Shown here: in pieces, positions 7,001-15,061 of the stretch
How positions within the stretch are numbered: the stretch's first letter is position 1
Layout of the letters: each line of letters opens with the position of its first letter
DNA from: Candidatus Micrarchaeota archaeon
GTDB lineage: Archaea; B1Sed10-29; WALL01; WAMD01
Direction: 5' to 3'
Length of the DNA stretch: 15,061 bases
NCBI GenBank assembly: GCA_964652335.1
Contig: CAZZDL010000019.1
Coordinates: 1 to 15,061 of the forward strand
The notes under the pieces: model-generated
Told to the model about the DNA's origin: nothing
Databases searched by the model: none
What the model saw: the letters and a program-made list of their open reading frames with translations, nothing else
Program-made: the position numbers and the translations under genes

Positions 7001-9343
7001 ATGGGCATTACTGGATTACTACTTGATATAGAACACGACGGAAATGAAATAAAGTTGTATGTAAAAACTAGTGACGGAGTAAAGATTGTAAAAGATAGGT
7101 ATTTCCCCTACTTCTATGCAATACCTAATGGGAAGGAAAATGAGCTCATGAAAAAGGTAAAGGGGAAAGCAAAAGATATTGAAAAGATGGAAGCTGTTGT
7201 GGATGGAGATAAGAAAACTGTCATTAAGATAGCTGTAGAGGAACCATCCAAGCTTTCTAAGGTGAGAGATCTAATAAAAGAAGAATTTGAAACGAGAGAA
7301 TATGATTTTAGCTTGACAGAAAGGTACATGATAGACAAGGGAATAACTCCAATGCGTGTTTATGAGATAAAGGGAGAAAAGGATTTGAAGTTTAAGGAAA
7401 TAGACAAGATAATTAAGATAGATGCTTTGGCATTTGATATTGAGACATACAACCCAAAAGGCATGCCAAATCCAAAGGAAGATCCCGTTATAATGGTATC
7501 CTATGCTAGTAAAAAAGAGAAGGGAGTACTAACATGGAAGAAGATAAATGCTGATTTCGTTGAGTATCTGGAAAATGAAGAAGAATGCTTGTCAAAACTT
7601 GAGGATATATCTCAAAGATACGATGTGATATACACATACAACGGAGACAATTTTGATATCCCCTACATAAAAGAGAGAAGAGGGAAACTCAGACTAGGAT
7701 TTGAAAAAGAGAATGTAAAGCTTAGAAAGAGTAAACAAGGCCATTTCGCAGAAATACCTGGAAGGCCACATGTGGACGTATTCAGATGCGTTAGTTTTCT
7801 TGAAGGGATAGGTGCAATAAGAATACTAAGATACACTCTAGAAGATGTGTACAAGGCCGTGCTCGGAAAGGAAAAGATAGATGTTAACACTAGAGAATTA
7901 TGGAAAACTTGGGATAATGAAAAGGAAGACCAGATGGCTGAACTGGCTATGTATTCCCTACAAGATTCCATAGCTACGTATGAACTTGGTGAGTATGTAT
8001 TGCCCTTGTTTATTGAGTTAGCGAAACTAACAGGAAAAACATTGTATCATGCAGTAAGAATATCCGCGAGCCATGTTGTTGAATCTGTTTTGATAAGGGA
8101 AGCACACAAAAGGAAAGAAATTGTTCCAAAAAAACCGAACGAAGAGGAAGTGATGCGGAGAATAAGGCAAACCATAAAGGGAGCTTATGTAAAGGAACCT
8201 GTTCCTGGATTACACGAGAACATTGCTGTCTTGGACTTCAGATCATTGTACCCAAGCATAATAATAGCTCATAATGTTGATCCATTCACTCTAGACAAAG
8301 AGAAAAAATGCAAAGACTACTACGAATCCCCAAACGGATACAGATTTTGCAAAGATAGAATAGGATTAATTCCAGCTGTTTTGAAGAATTTGGTCACCAT
8401 GAGGGCAAAGGTCAAAAAGGAAATGAAAAAATACAAGAGGGATAGTCTGGAATACAAAATATTAAATGCCAGACAACAGAGTCTAAAGATAGCCGCCAAT
8501 GCAACCTACGGTTATCTGAATTTCGCAAGAGCTAGATGGTATTCAAAGGAATGTGCTGAAGCCATAACTGCCTGGGGAAGATACTATGTTAGAAAGCTTA
8601 TAGATGAAGCAGAAAAGGCAGGATTTGAGGTTATATACGCAGACACAGATTCCGCCTTCATAAAACTTGGAAACAAGAAAAAGAAGGATATACTAGATTT
8701 CCTGGATAAGTTCAACTCTAAACTTCCAGAATTCATGGAGCTTGAATTGGAAGGATTCTACAAGAGAGGGATATTCGTAACCAGGAAGATGGGTAGGGGA
8801 GCAGCAAAGAAAAGATACGCATTATTATCAGAGACAGGGGAAATGAAGATAACTGGTCTTGAGTTCGTTAGGACAGACTGGTCAGAAATAGCGAAGGAGG
8901 TACAAAGGGATGTATTAAGGCTCGTCTTGGAAGGAAAAGTAGAAGAAGCAAAAGAAAAAGTCAGAAAGACAATTGACATGATAAGGAAAGGTGAAATCCC
9001 ATTGGAGAAATACGTTATATATACACAGCTGAAACAGAATATTGCTCAGTATGAAGCAATTGGTCCGCATGTCAGGGCGGCCAAGCGGTTGTTGGAAGCT
9101 GGCCATGCCATATTTCCAGGAATGCTCATAGGATACATAGTAACCAAAGGTGGGGGGAATATAGGGGATAGATCATATCCCTTCTATCCAGTGAACCTGC
9201 TTGGAAGCAGAAGGCCTGATCCAGATTATTATATAAATAACCAGCTATTGCCGGCCGTCACAAAGATACTGGCAGAGATAGGGATAAAGAAAGATGATCT
9301 CAAGTTCGGTGGAAAACAATCCAAGCTAGGAAAATGGTTCTAG
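7001..9343 (+). CDS. polB: Family B DNA polymerase with 3'-5' exonuclease, no intein
   Basis: ExoI FDIETY, ExoII YNGDNFD, ExoIII YSLQD, motif A DFRSLYPSII, motif B KIAANATYGY, motif C YADTDS, and C-terminal PIP box QSKLGKWF. Confidence 0.98.
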   Translation: MGITGLLLDIEHDGNEIKLYVKTSDGVKIVKDRYFPYFYAIPNGKENELMKKVKGKAKDIEKMEAVVDGDKKTVIKIAVEEPSKLSKVRDLIKEEFETREYDFSLTERYMIDKGITPMRVYEIKGEKDLKFKEIDKIIKIDALAFDIETYNPKGMPNPKEDPVIMVSYASKKEKGVLTWKKINADFVEYLENEEECLSKLEDISQRYDVIYTYNGDNFDIPYIKERRGKLRLGFEKENVKLRKSKQGHFAEIPGRPHVDVFRCVSFLEGIGAIRILRYTLEDVYKAVLGKEKIDVNTRELWKTWDNEKEDQMAELAMYSLQDSIATYELGEYVLPLFIELAKLTGKTLYHAVRISASHVVESVLIREAHKRKEIVPKKPNEEEVMRRIRQTIKGAYVKEPVPGLHENIAVLDFRSLYPSIIIAHNVDPFTLDKEKKCKDYYESPNGYRFCKDRIGLIPAVLKNLVTMRAKVKKEMKKYKRDSLEYKILNARQQSLKIAANATYGYLNFARARWYSKECAEAITAWGRYYVRKLIDEAEKAGFEVIYADTDSAFIKLGNKKKKDILDFLDKFNSKLPEFMELELEGFYKRGIFVTRKMGRGAAKKRYALLSETGEMKITGLEFVRTDWSEIAKEVQRDVLRLVLEGKVEEAKEKVRKTIDMIRKGEIPLEKYVIYTQLKQNIAQYEAIGPHVRAAKRLLEAGHAIFPGMLIGYIVTKGGGNIGDRSYPFYPVNLLGSRRPDPDYYINNQLLPAVTKILAEIGIKKDDLKFGGKQSKLGKWF

Positions 9344-9346
9344 GAT

Positions 9347-9553
9347 CTAGAAGAAGCCTAGCTTCTGCATTGCGTCTGCTATAAGCTGTTTGTATATGTA
9401 TGGTCTTAGAGCCATGACTTCCTTTAGGTTAGAGTATCCTTTTTCCTTAGCCATGTCTTCGGCCAGGAAACTGACTCTAGCCTGCTTGTCCTTGGGAAGC
9501 TCTTCATATTTGGAAAACGCCATCTCTATTAAAACCTTTGTTGGTCCTGGCAT
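9347..9553 (-). CDS. Small helical hypothetical protein (68 aa)
   Basis: ATG at 9553 preceded by the SD AGGTGA. The GTG called at 9562 is part of that SD. The ORF fills the gap between polB and the TPR gene. Confidence 0.7.
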   Translation of the reverse strand: MPGPTKVLIEMAFSKYEELPKDKQARVSFLAEDMAKEKGYSNLKEVMALRPYIYKQLIADAMQKLGFF

Positions 9554-9610
9554 ACTACTCACCTAAGCTAGTAACGATGGAATGAAATAAAAAGGTTAGG
9601 TCCTTGAAGA

Positions 9611-10603
9611 TTATTTCATAAGCTTCACTTTTAGTTTTGAACTGAATGCCAAAGCTAGGAACTCAAGTTCACCTCTTAATGGGTGGTTCGATGGTATTTT
9701 ATTAAGTGCCTCTTTAATGGTTTTGACGGCCTCTTCATATTTATTCATCTCTGAAAAGGCAATGGCCTTATTGACCCAAGCTTGTGCTAGATGTGGATTT
9801 ATTTTTAATGCTTTGTCGTAATGTCTAATAGCCTCTTCGTACTTGCCTGTCTCAGAAAGAGTATTTGCTTTGTTATTCCATGCCTCTGCTAGGTTTGGAT
9901 TTATTTTTAATGCTTTGTCGTAATGTTTTAGGGCTTCTTCGTATCTACCCATCTCAGAAAGTGTGTTAGCCTTGTTATTCCACGCATCTGCAAGATTTGG
10001 ATTTATCTTTAATGCAATATCATGAGCAGTCAATGCCTTTTCTAATTTTCCAATTTCCCTTAAAAAATTTCCATGATTTGTCCATATATATGCTGCAAGC
10101 TCTTCCCTTGTTTGCGGCTTTCCCTTATGATGAGTATACGACTTATCAAACGCAGGATCGTGCTGTTTTCCATCAATAACAACATATGCATGACCATCTA
10201 TTCCCTCAACGACATGATACTTAACATCAAATCCCATCTCTCTTGCCATTTCACCCAATGCAGCTGACATTGCTAGGCAGTCAGCATAGTGTTTACAAAG
10301 AAATCCAGATAATGTTTTCCTTGGTGAAAGCTGTATGCCATATGAGCCGAAAATTAGTTCAATTGCAGTTGAACCGTATTCATGCACAAATTCCCTCATG
10401 TGTTCTATCAGCTCTTTGTCAGAGATCTTTTTGTTTTTCCTCATCCATTTCCCAAGCTCTCCCTCTTTTATATCCTTTGGCAATTCTGGAAACCATCCCT
10501 TCTTTCTGCCATAGTCGTAGAATTTCCTGAGAAACTTTCTTGTTGTACTCGGGGGCATTGCTGCGTCAATAAGCTCCTTCTTTGACTTTTTTCTAAACGG
10601 CAT
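9611..10603 (-). CDS. Transglutaminase-like (Cys-His-Asp) domain fused to TPR repeats
   Basis: ADCLAMSAALGEMAREMGF...GHAYVVIDGKQHDPAF, then about 4 TPRs (ALKINPNLADAWNNKANTLSEMGRYEEALKHYDK). Start re-called at ATG 10603 to avoid overlap with the divergent gene. Confidence 0.85.
   Translation of the reverse strand: MPFRKKSKKELIDAAMPPSTTRKFLRKFYDYGRKKGWFPELPKDIKEGELGKWMRKNKKISDKELIEHMREFVHEYGSTAIELIFGSYGIQLSPRKTLSGFLCKHYADCLAMSAALGEMAREMGFDVKYHVVEGIDGHAYVVIDGKQHDPAFDKSYTHHKGKPQTREELAAYIWTNHGNFLREIGKLEKALTAHDIALKINPNLADAWNNKANTLSEMGRYEEALKHYDKALKINPNLAEAWNNKANTLSETGKYEEAIRHYDKALKINPHLAQAWVNKAIAFSEMNKYEEAVKTIKEALNKIPSNHPLRGELEFLALAFSSKLKVKLMK
9794..10015 (-). repeat. 102-bp periodic repeat encoding TPR units
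   Basis: The identical 31-mer TGGATTTATTTTTAATGCTTTGTCGTAATGT occurs at 9794 and 9896, with a third partial copy at 9998. Confidence 0.9.
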
Positions 10604-10672
10604 AGTAATATTACTGCAAAAGTCATTAATAATTGGGAAATACTTTTTAATTACCAATAGTAAAACTTTTGC

Positions 10673-11545
10673 ATGCATAAGAACATAGCATTCTTAGGAG
10701 AGACATCTGGGCTGGACCTAGGAAAGAAAGCTGGTGAAACAGACATTAGCTATTTTTCTAGGATAGACTCTAGAGATATAATTAGTATATTCTCACCAAA
10801 GACATACCCTGAAAAGATACAAAGCTTGCTAGTGGCTGTTGGTTTAGCAGACCTAGTAGTGCTACGCGTGACAGAACTAGACTGGAAACTTGGTGAGGAG
10901 ATAGTAGTAAGTAATCTACTGGAAAAGCCAGGGATCATTTTAGCAGAGGAATGGGTATATGAACAAGTGAAACCTCTTCTAACTAGAACTAACCTAGAGA
11001 ATTGGAAGTATGCTAAGGATGAAAAAGAGGTGTGGGAGTTCATTAGAAAATGGAAGCCTCAGGCCAGAGATGGAAAAGAAATCTGGATAGACCAAGCATT
11101 CAAGGTAAAAAGCGTAGGGACTGTTGTCTTAGGAGTGGTGAAGGCTGGAGACGTGACAGTGCATGAGAAGCTTGTAGCTTGGCCGTCTGGGAAAGAAGCA
11201 GAGATCAAAAGTATACAAATGCAAGACAAGCCGTACGAAAAAGCAGGAACAAATGCTAGAGTGGGGTTAGCGTTAAAGGGAATAGAACCAGAGGATCTTC
11301 CAAGGGGAACTATAATCGGGAATGCAGAGGTTGTAACTGAGATACCAAGTTGGGAGAAATTGAATTTGTACAAGGGAGACGAAAAGAACATAACACATAT
11401 ATTCAATGGAATAAGTTTTGTTGGAACTAGCAATAACAAGTTAGTGAGAGAAATAGCTGTTGGTTTCTCCAAAAGGTTTTTACTGGTAGAAAACACAAAT
11501 AGGAAAGGATTAAGAATTGCTGGATTCGGTGACTTCAATGTCTGA
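10673..11545 (+). CDS. Archaeal SelB-like translation factor homolog (aSelBL) with degenerate GTPase domain
   Basis: LGKKAGETDI...YPEKIQSL N-terminal pattern. EF-Tu domain II IDQAFKVKSVGTVVLG...EIKSIQM...ARVGLALKG. No GxxxxGK[ST] P-loop. Confidence 0.8.
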   Translation: MHKNIAFLGETSGLDLGKKAGETDISYFSRIDSRDIISIFSPKTYPEKIQSLLVAVGLADLVVLRVTELDWKLGEEIVVSNLLEKPGIILAEEWVYEQVKPLLTRTNLENWKYAKDEKEVWEFIRKWKPQARDGKEIWIDQAFKVKSVGTVVLGVVKAGDVTVHEKLVAWPSGKEAEIKSIQMQDKPYEKAGTNARVGLALKGIEPEDLPRGTIIGNAEVVTEIPSWEKLNLYKGDEKNITHIFNGISFVGTSNNKLVREIAVGFSKRFLLVENTNRKGLRIAGFGDFNV

Positions 11546-12422
11546 GGACGAACTTAAAACATGGGAAGAAGCAGGCAAACTAACTTGGAAAGCGATTGAA
11601 TACGGAAAAAAGCTGATAAAACCAGGAAATAGTTATCTTGAGGTAGCAGAAAAGGTGGAAGAGTTTATAAGAAAGAATGATGGAGAACCTGCCTTTCCTG
11701 TCAATTTATCCAGGAACAATGAAGCAGCTCATTATTCTCCTGGTATAAATGATGATAGAATGATAGAAGAAGCAGACATAGTTAAGCTAGACCTAGGAGC
11801 ACATGTAGATGGATATATCGGAGACGCAGCAATAACTATAGATCTGTCTGGCGAGAATGGGAAACTTGTTGAAGCAAGTAAAGAAGCTTTGGAAAATGCA
11901 CTTAGCCTCGTGAGGGTTGGAGAAAATTCCAGAAGGATAAGTCAAGAAATTGCAGAAACCATAAAAAAATATGGATTTGAACCAATTAGAAACTTGGGCG
12001 GGCACGTTATCTCAAGATGGATTCTGCACACTGGTTACTCTGTCCCCAACTTCCCAGCTAATAGCTTTGAATTAAAAGAAGGTATGATCCTTGCCCTAGA
12101 GCCATTCGCAAGCATGGGTAAAGGGCTTGTCCATGACGGAAGCTTCACTAGTATATTCTCCATAGCATCAGCCCCAAGAGTCAGAAGTCAAAACGCTAGA
12201 AAGGTTTATTCATTCGCAATGGAAAAATTCAAAACCTTGCCATTTTCAGAAAGATGGTTGGGGGAAGTAGTGAGTGGACTAAGCCTGAAAACCGCACTGA
12301 GAGAACTAGTTATGTCTGGTAGTTTTAGGGCATATCCAGTACTAGTAGACTCTGGATTGGTAAGTCAAAGGGAAGTCACTGTGATCGTTGAGAAAGATGG
12401 GTGTAAAATTCTGACTAAGTAA
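11538..12422 (+). CDS. map: Methionine aminopeptidase type II
   Basis: AFPVNLS..AAHY, KLDLGAHVDGYIGD, NLGGH, ALEPF, SQRE metal ligands and the type II insertion (KTLPFSERWL). ATG 11538 with SD GGTGA, overlapping the aSelBL stop. Confidence 0.97.
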   Translation: MSEDELKTWEEAGKLTWKAIEYGKKLIKPGNSYLEVAEKVEEFIRKNDGEPAFPVNLSRNNEAAHYSPGINDDRMIEEADIVKLDLGAHVDGYIGDAAITIDLSGENGKLVEASKEALENALSLVRVGENSRRISQEIAETIKKYGFEPIRNLGGHVISRWILHTGYSVPNFPANSFELKEGMILALEPFASMGKGLVHDGSFTSIFSIASAPRVRSQNARKVYSFAMEKFKTLPFSERWLGEVVSGLSLKTALRELVMSGSFRAYPVLVDSGLVSQREVTVIVEKDGCKILTK

Positions 12423-12460
12423 TGGGAAGATTTAAAAAGAATGTCTGATTTTCTTTGTGT

Positions 12461-13354
12461 ATGAAGCGACCAAGTGTTATTGGGATAATAGGTTTAGTAC
12501 TAGCGTTAATAGGGTTGTACTTGTTCCTTGATCTGAACCTTGACGTGTTCTCATATATGGCAATGCCTGATCCTATGCGTATGATTCAAATATTGCCAAT
12601 AGTTGGTGGCGTTCTCCTTGGAATAGGCATGGCTGTTGTGATAAAGGAAAAGAACCCAATTCTTACAGTAGCTAGCTTCATTTTATTCTCAGCTCTGGCC
12701 TTCAAGAATATTGCAGCTATTGGGTTTGGTATTGGAATGCTTGTGCCCGGATTAATTGGTATTGGAAAGCATTTGCCAACGTATCTGGCTGCGTTGATGG
12801 TGTTTTTGTCTGCATTCATAACTGTAAGTGCCGACCCATCCATGTATCAAGACTTGCTAGTCTCATCCCTAGCAGATCAAGTAACGTCCAGCTTGTCCGG
12901 TATGCAAGATGCAATCGCGTCTGCAGTTGAGAACCAAGTAAATTCAATGCTTCCGTCTAGGGACGAAATAGCCTCTATGGTCGAGTCCGCAATGCCATGT
13001 AATGACACGGCGACTCAAGAGATGTGCGTTAGTGCTAGGGAGCAGATTATAGACCAAGTTTATAATGAGATAAAGTCGCAAAATTATTCTCAAATAATAA
13101 AGGAGAAGATAGGTGAAGGCCTAAGCATTGACAAGGAAACTGCCAAAAAAACTATCAAGGAGATAGAGTTTGTAAAGCCTTTGCTTGACAATATTCAATG
13201 GATAATTGCATTCCTAGAGACTGGGATTTTCTTGTTTGTGGCTAGCATTGTTGTGAATATCCCTCAAGGAGTAACAGGATTCTTGCTTGATATAATTTGG
13301 AAGATCAAGCCAAGGAAGGAAGAGGGATCCGAGGAAGAGGCTGTAGAAGAATGA
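12461..13354 (+). CDS. Multi-pass membrane protein with a large helical extracytoplasmic loop (C-x8-C) and an acidic tail
   Basis: About 5 N-terminal TM segments, a soluble region of about 120 aa and a C-terminal TM. TTTAAAAA at 12431-12438 supports a leaderless start at ATG 12461. Confidence 0.8.
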   Translation: MKRPSVIGIIGLVLALIGLYLFLDLNLDVFSYMAMPDPMRMIQILPIVGGVLLGIGMAVVIKEKNPILTVASFILFSALAFKNIAAIGFGIGMLVPGLIGIGKHLPTYLAALMVFLSAFITVSADPSMYQDLLVSSLADQVTSSLSGMQDAIASAVENQVNSMLPSRDEIASMVESAMPCNDTATQEMCVSAREQIIDQVYNEIKSQNYSQIIKEKIGEGLSIDKETAKKTIKEIEFVKPLLDNIQWIIAFLETGIFLFVASIVVNIPQGVTGFLLDIIWKIKPRKEEGSEEEAVEE

Positions 13355-13367
13355 TGGCGTTGTAGTA

Positions 13368-13442
13368 TGAGCCCGGGGGGATTTGAACCCCCGACCTGCC
13401 GGTCCGAAGCCGGCCGCTCTATCCTAGCTGAGCTACGGGCCC
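13368..13442 (-). tRNA. tRNA-Arg(UCG), no intron, no encoded CCA
   Basis: Reverse complement GGGCCCG TAGCTCAGCTAGGATAGAGCG GCCGG CTTCGGA CCGGC AGGTC GGGGG TTCAAAT CCCCC CGGGCTC A forms a full cloverleaf. Confidence 0.97.
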
Positions 13443-13500
13443 ATAGAGCCGATAGTCGGTTCGCGGACGTGCCGACATAGGTGGCACAAGGCTACCTACT

Positions 13501-13830
13501 TCACCGTAGAAAACTAGAGATTATGGGGTATCTAAACTTATCCCCTTCTAGGGTCTTGTAACAGCCATAAATTGCATAAGCTAGAGCGATTATAGCTAGA
13601 AAATATGTAACTGACTTGAAGGCTAGACCTAACAGTTGGTTAACTTGAAGAGTAACTAGAGAGACTGTCCAGAGGATGCCTAGAATTACCAGCCATAACA
13701 GCTGCCAGATGAATGCTTGTTTTACTTGAAACTTTGTATCTTTGTCCTTTGCAAATGGCCAGGCAATTAAGGGCCCTATTATCCATAGCAAAACAGGGAA
13801 ATGAGAGATTGCTGCAATGAGTTTTTTCAT
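13501..13830 (-). CDS. DUF4870-like small membrane protein
   Basis: AAISHF...GPLIAW..KDKDTKFQVKQAF...GCYKTLEGDKFRYPII pattern. ATG 13830 preceded by the SD AGGTGA. Confidence 0.8.
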   Translation of the reverse strand: MKKLIAAISHFPVLLWIIGPLIAWPFAKDKDTKFQVKQAFIWQLLWLVILGILWTVSLVTLQVNQLLGLAFKSVTYFLAIIALAYAIYGCYKTLEGDKFRYPIISSFLR

Positions 13831-13966
13831 AATACTCACCTTATGAATTAGAGTTAAACTACTTTAAATGTTTAGTAGTGTGGTTCTATTAATTAGTTAG
13901 ATCTGCAATTAGTTGTTGTGTCAGATGCTGGATAAATTTTTAAACAATGACCCACTTAATTGTACT

Positions 13967-14869
13967 ATGACAGGAATCTTAATTAATCAAAAACAAGGCT
14001 ATATTGGGATTTTGATTTTAGTAATGTTTGGCGCGCTTTTCAGCGGTTGCGTCCAATTACAGGAAAAAGAGAAATTTGTAAATGAACTACCACAGATCAA
14101 TAAAAATCTAGAAACTGCATTGGGAAACATATATGTAGATTTCCAAAACTACCATAACAACTACAAATGGAGCAGTTTAATGAACTACCTAACGATCACA
14201 GATTCTATGGTAAACGAAATGGAAACTTATGAAAACGAGATTAAAGACGAAATGCAATATTTAGAAAATTTAACAAATTATGTTGAGACGTCAAAGCAGG
14301 ATATCAACGTTGACTTGCTTTCAAGTAACGAGATGAGACTGCTAAATGAAATAGACGACAAAATAGCAGCATATCAGTCTAAAAAGGCCCAGATAAATTC
14401 GTGTCTGGATGCAATGAAAACCTACAGGGAATTCATAAATGTTATCAGAGTAAAACTTCAAAAAACTGAAAAATTGAGGATGAAATTGAGTCTAATAGAT
14501 AATGAAATAAATGTAGGGAATTATGACGATGCTATCTCTGATATAGAAAAACTGAAACAAATAGCTAGGGAAATTCAACAGCTAGAAAATCAACAAGCCG
14601 AACTAGGAATCATTGATTATAACCAAGAAGTGATAGATTCCTGGGATACATATATAGAGGGCTTGGAGGAGCTCGAGAAATATGTGGAATACCTAAAAAC
14701 TGGAGACTATGAATCGGCAAGCTACCACTATAATATTTACCTTCAGAAATACACAGAGGTAGTTCAAGTTAGTGAAGGAGAAGGAATACATACAGTGACC
14801 AATAAAGTAGATAACTGGTATCAGGAAAACATTGGGTCATGCGTGAATGTATTTCAAGAGTATTACTGA
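13967..14869 (+). CDS. Putative lipoprotein with long helical/coiled-coil ectodomain
   Basis: Hydrophobic stretch ending in the lipobox-like LFSGC. Start re-called at ATG 13967, with TTTTTAAA about 25 nt upstream. Confidence 0.75.
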   Translation: MTGILINQKQGYIGILILVMFGALFSGCVQLQEKEKFVNELPQINKNLETALGNIYVDFQNYHNNYKWSSLMNYLTITDSMVNEMETYENEIKDEMQYLENLTNYVETSKQDINVDLLSSNEMRLLNEIDDKIAAYQSKKAQINSCLDAMKTYREFINVIRVKLQKTEKLRMKLSLIDNEINVGNYDDAISDIEKLKQIAREIQQLENQQAELGIIDYNQEVIDSWDTYIEGLEELEKYVEYLKTGDYESASYHYNIYLQKYTEVVQVSEGEGIHTVTNKVDNWYQENIGSCVNVFQEYY

Positions 14870-14880
14870 GAATAGCCCCA

Positions 14881-14896
14881 TTTTTCTTTTGTTTTC
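14881..14896 (+). terminator. Oligo-T archaeal terminator candidate
   Basis: TTTTTCTTTTGTTTTC starting 12 nt after the lipoprotein stop. Confidence 0.5.
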
Positions 14897-14954
14897 ATGT
14901 CCATAGTTTTATCTCTAATAATACCCGTATAACTCATGAGAATCGTAAAAACAA

Positions 14955-14962
14955 TTAAATAT
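14955..14962 (+). promoter_or_regulatory. TATA box of tRNA-Gln
   Basis: TTAAATAT with an A-rich BRE-like stretch, 26-33 nt upstream of the tRNA 5' end. Confidence 0.55.
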
Positions 14963-14987
14963 TCCTTAACAAGAAAAATATTCCAAC

Positions 14988-15060
14988 AGCCCCGTGGTGT
15001 AGTGGCCAAGCATGCAGGGCTTTGGACCCTGCGACGGCGGTTCGAATCCGCCCGGGGCTA
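14988..15060 (+). tRNA. tRNA-Gln(UUG), A1-U72, no intron, no encoded CCA
   Basis: AGCCCCG...CAGGG CTTTGGA CCCTG CGAC GGCGG TTCGAAT CCGCC CGGGGCT A. The A1-U72 pair is typical of archaeal tRNA-Gln. Confidence 0.97.
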
Positions 15061-15061
15061 T

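Noticed and set aside
9794..10015. 31-bp direct repeats with roughly 70-bp spacers resembling a CRISPR array
   Set aside because: The period is exactly 102 bp (34 codons) inside a TPR ORF, and the 'spacers' are homologous to each other.
12362..12382. MetAP motif QREVT instead of QxEHT, suggesting inactivation
   Set aside because: All five metal ligands (D, D, H, E, E) are present, and the substituted His is not a metal ligand.
13443..13510. Possible degenerate or split tRNA, or SECIS element, upstream of tRNA-Arg (minus-strand GGTGAAGTAGGTAGCC looks D-arm-like)
   Set aside because: No TTCRA T-loop or acceptor stem, and no in-frame UGA selenoprotein candidate nearby. Kept only as a generic structured spacer.
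13368..15060. Integrated element bounded by tRNAs
   Set aside because: No integrase and no duplicated tRNA 3' end. The 7-nt TAGCCCC near 14873 is too short and in inverted orientation.

Overview
Gene-dense archaeal chromosomal window. The basis is GGAGG/GGTGA Shine-Dalgarno sites, TATA boxes, an archaeal PolB with a PIP box, a type II MetAP, an aSelBL-like factor and tRNAs without encoded CCA. A DPANN-like, probably thermophilic origin is my inference from the compactness and K/E-rich proteins. The right half is mostly housekeeping: polB, a transglutaminase-TPR protein, aSelBL, map, a membrane protein, tRNA-Arg(UCG), a DUF4870-like protein, a lipoprotein and tRNA-Gln(UUG). The left half (1-6937) holds the most interesting signal: eight small membrane-protein genes on one strand, mostly translationally coupled, which I can resolve by eye into two paralog families with gap-free shared motifs. 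They are flanked by two Cys-rich surface proteins and followed by a HerA/VirB4-like protein whose catalytic motifs are all degenerate, itself sandwiched between two coiled-coil genes. This may be an undescribed heteromeric membrane or cell-contact apparatus. All family assignments come from motif recognition, not database searches.
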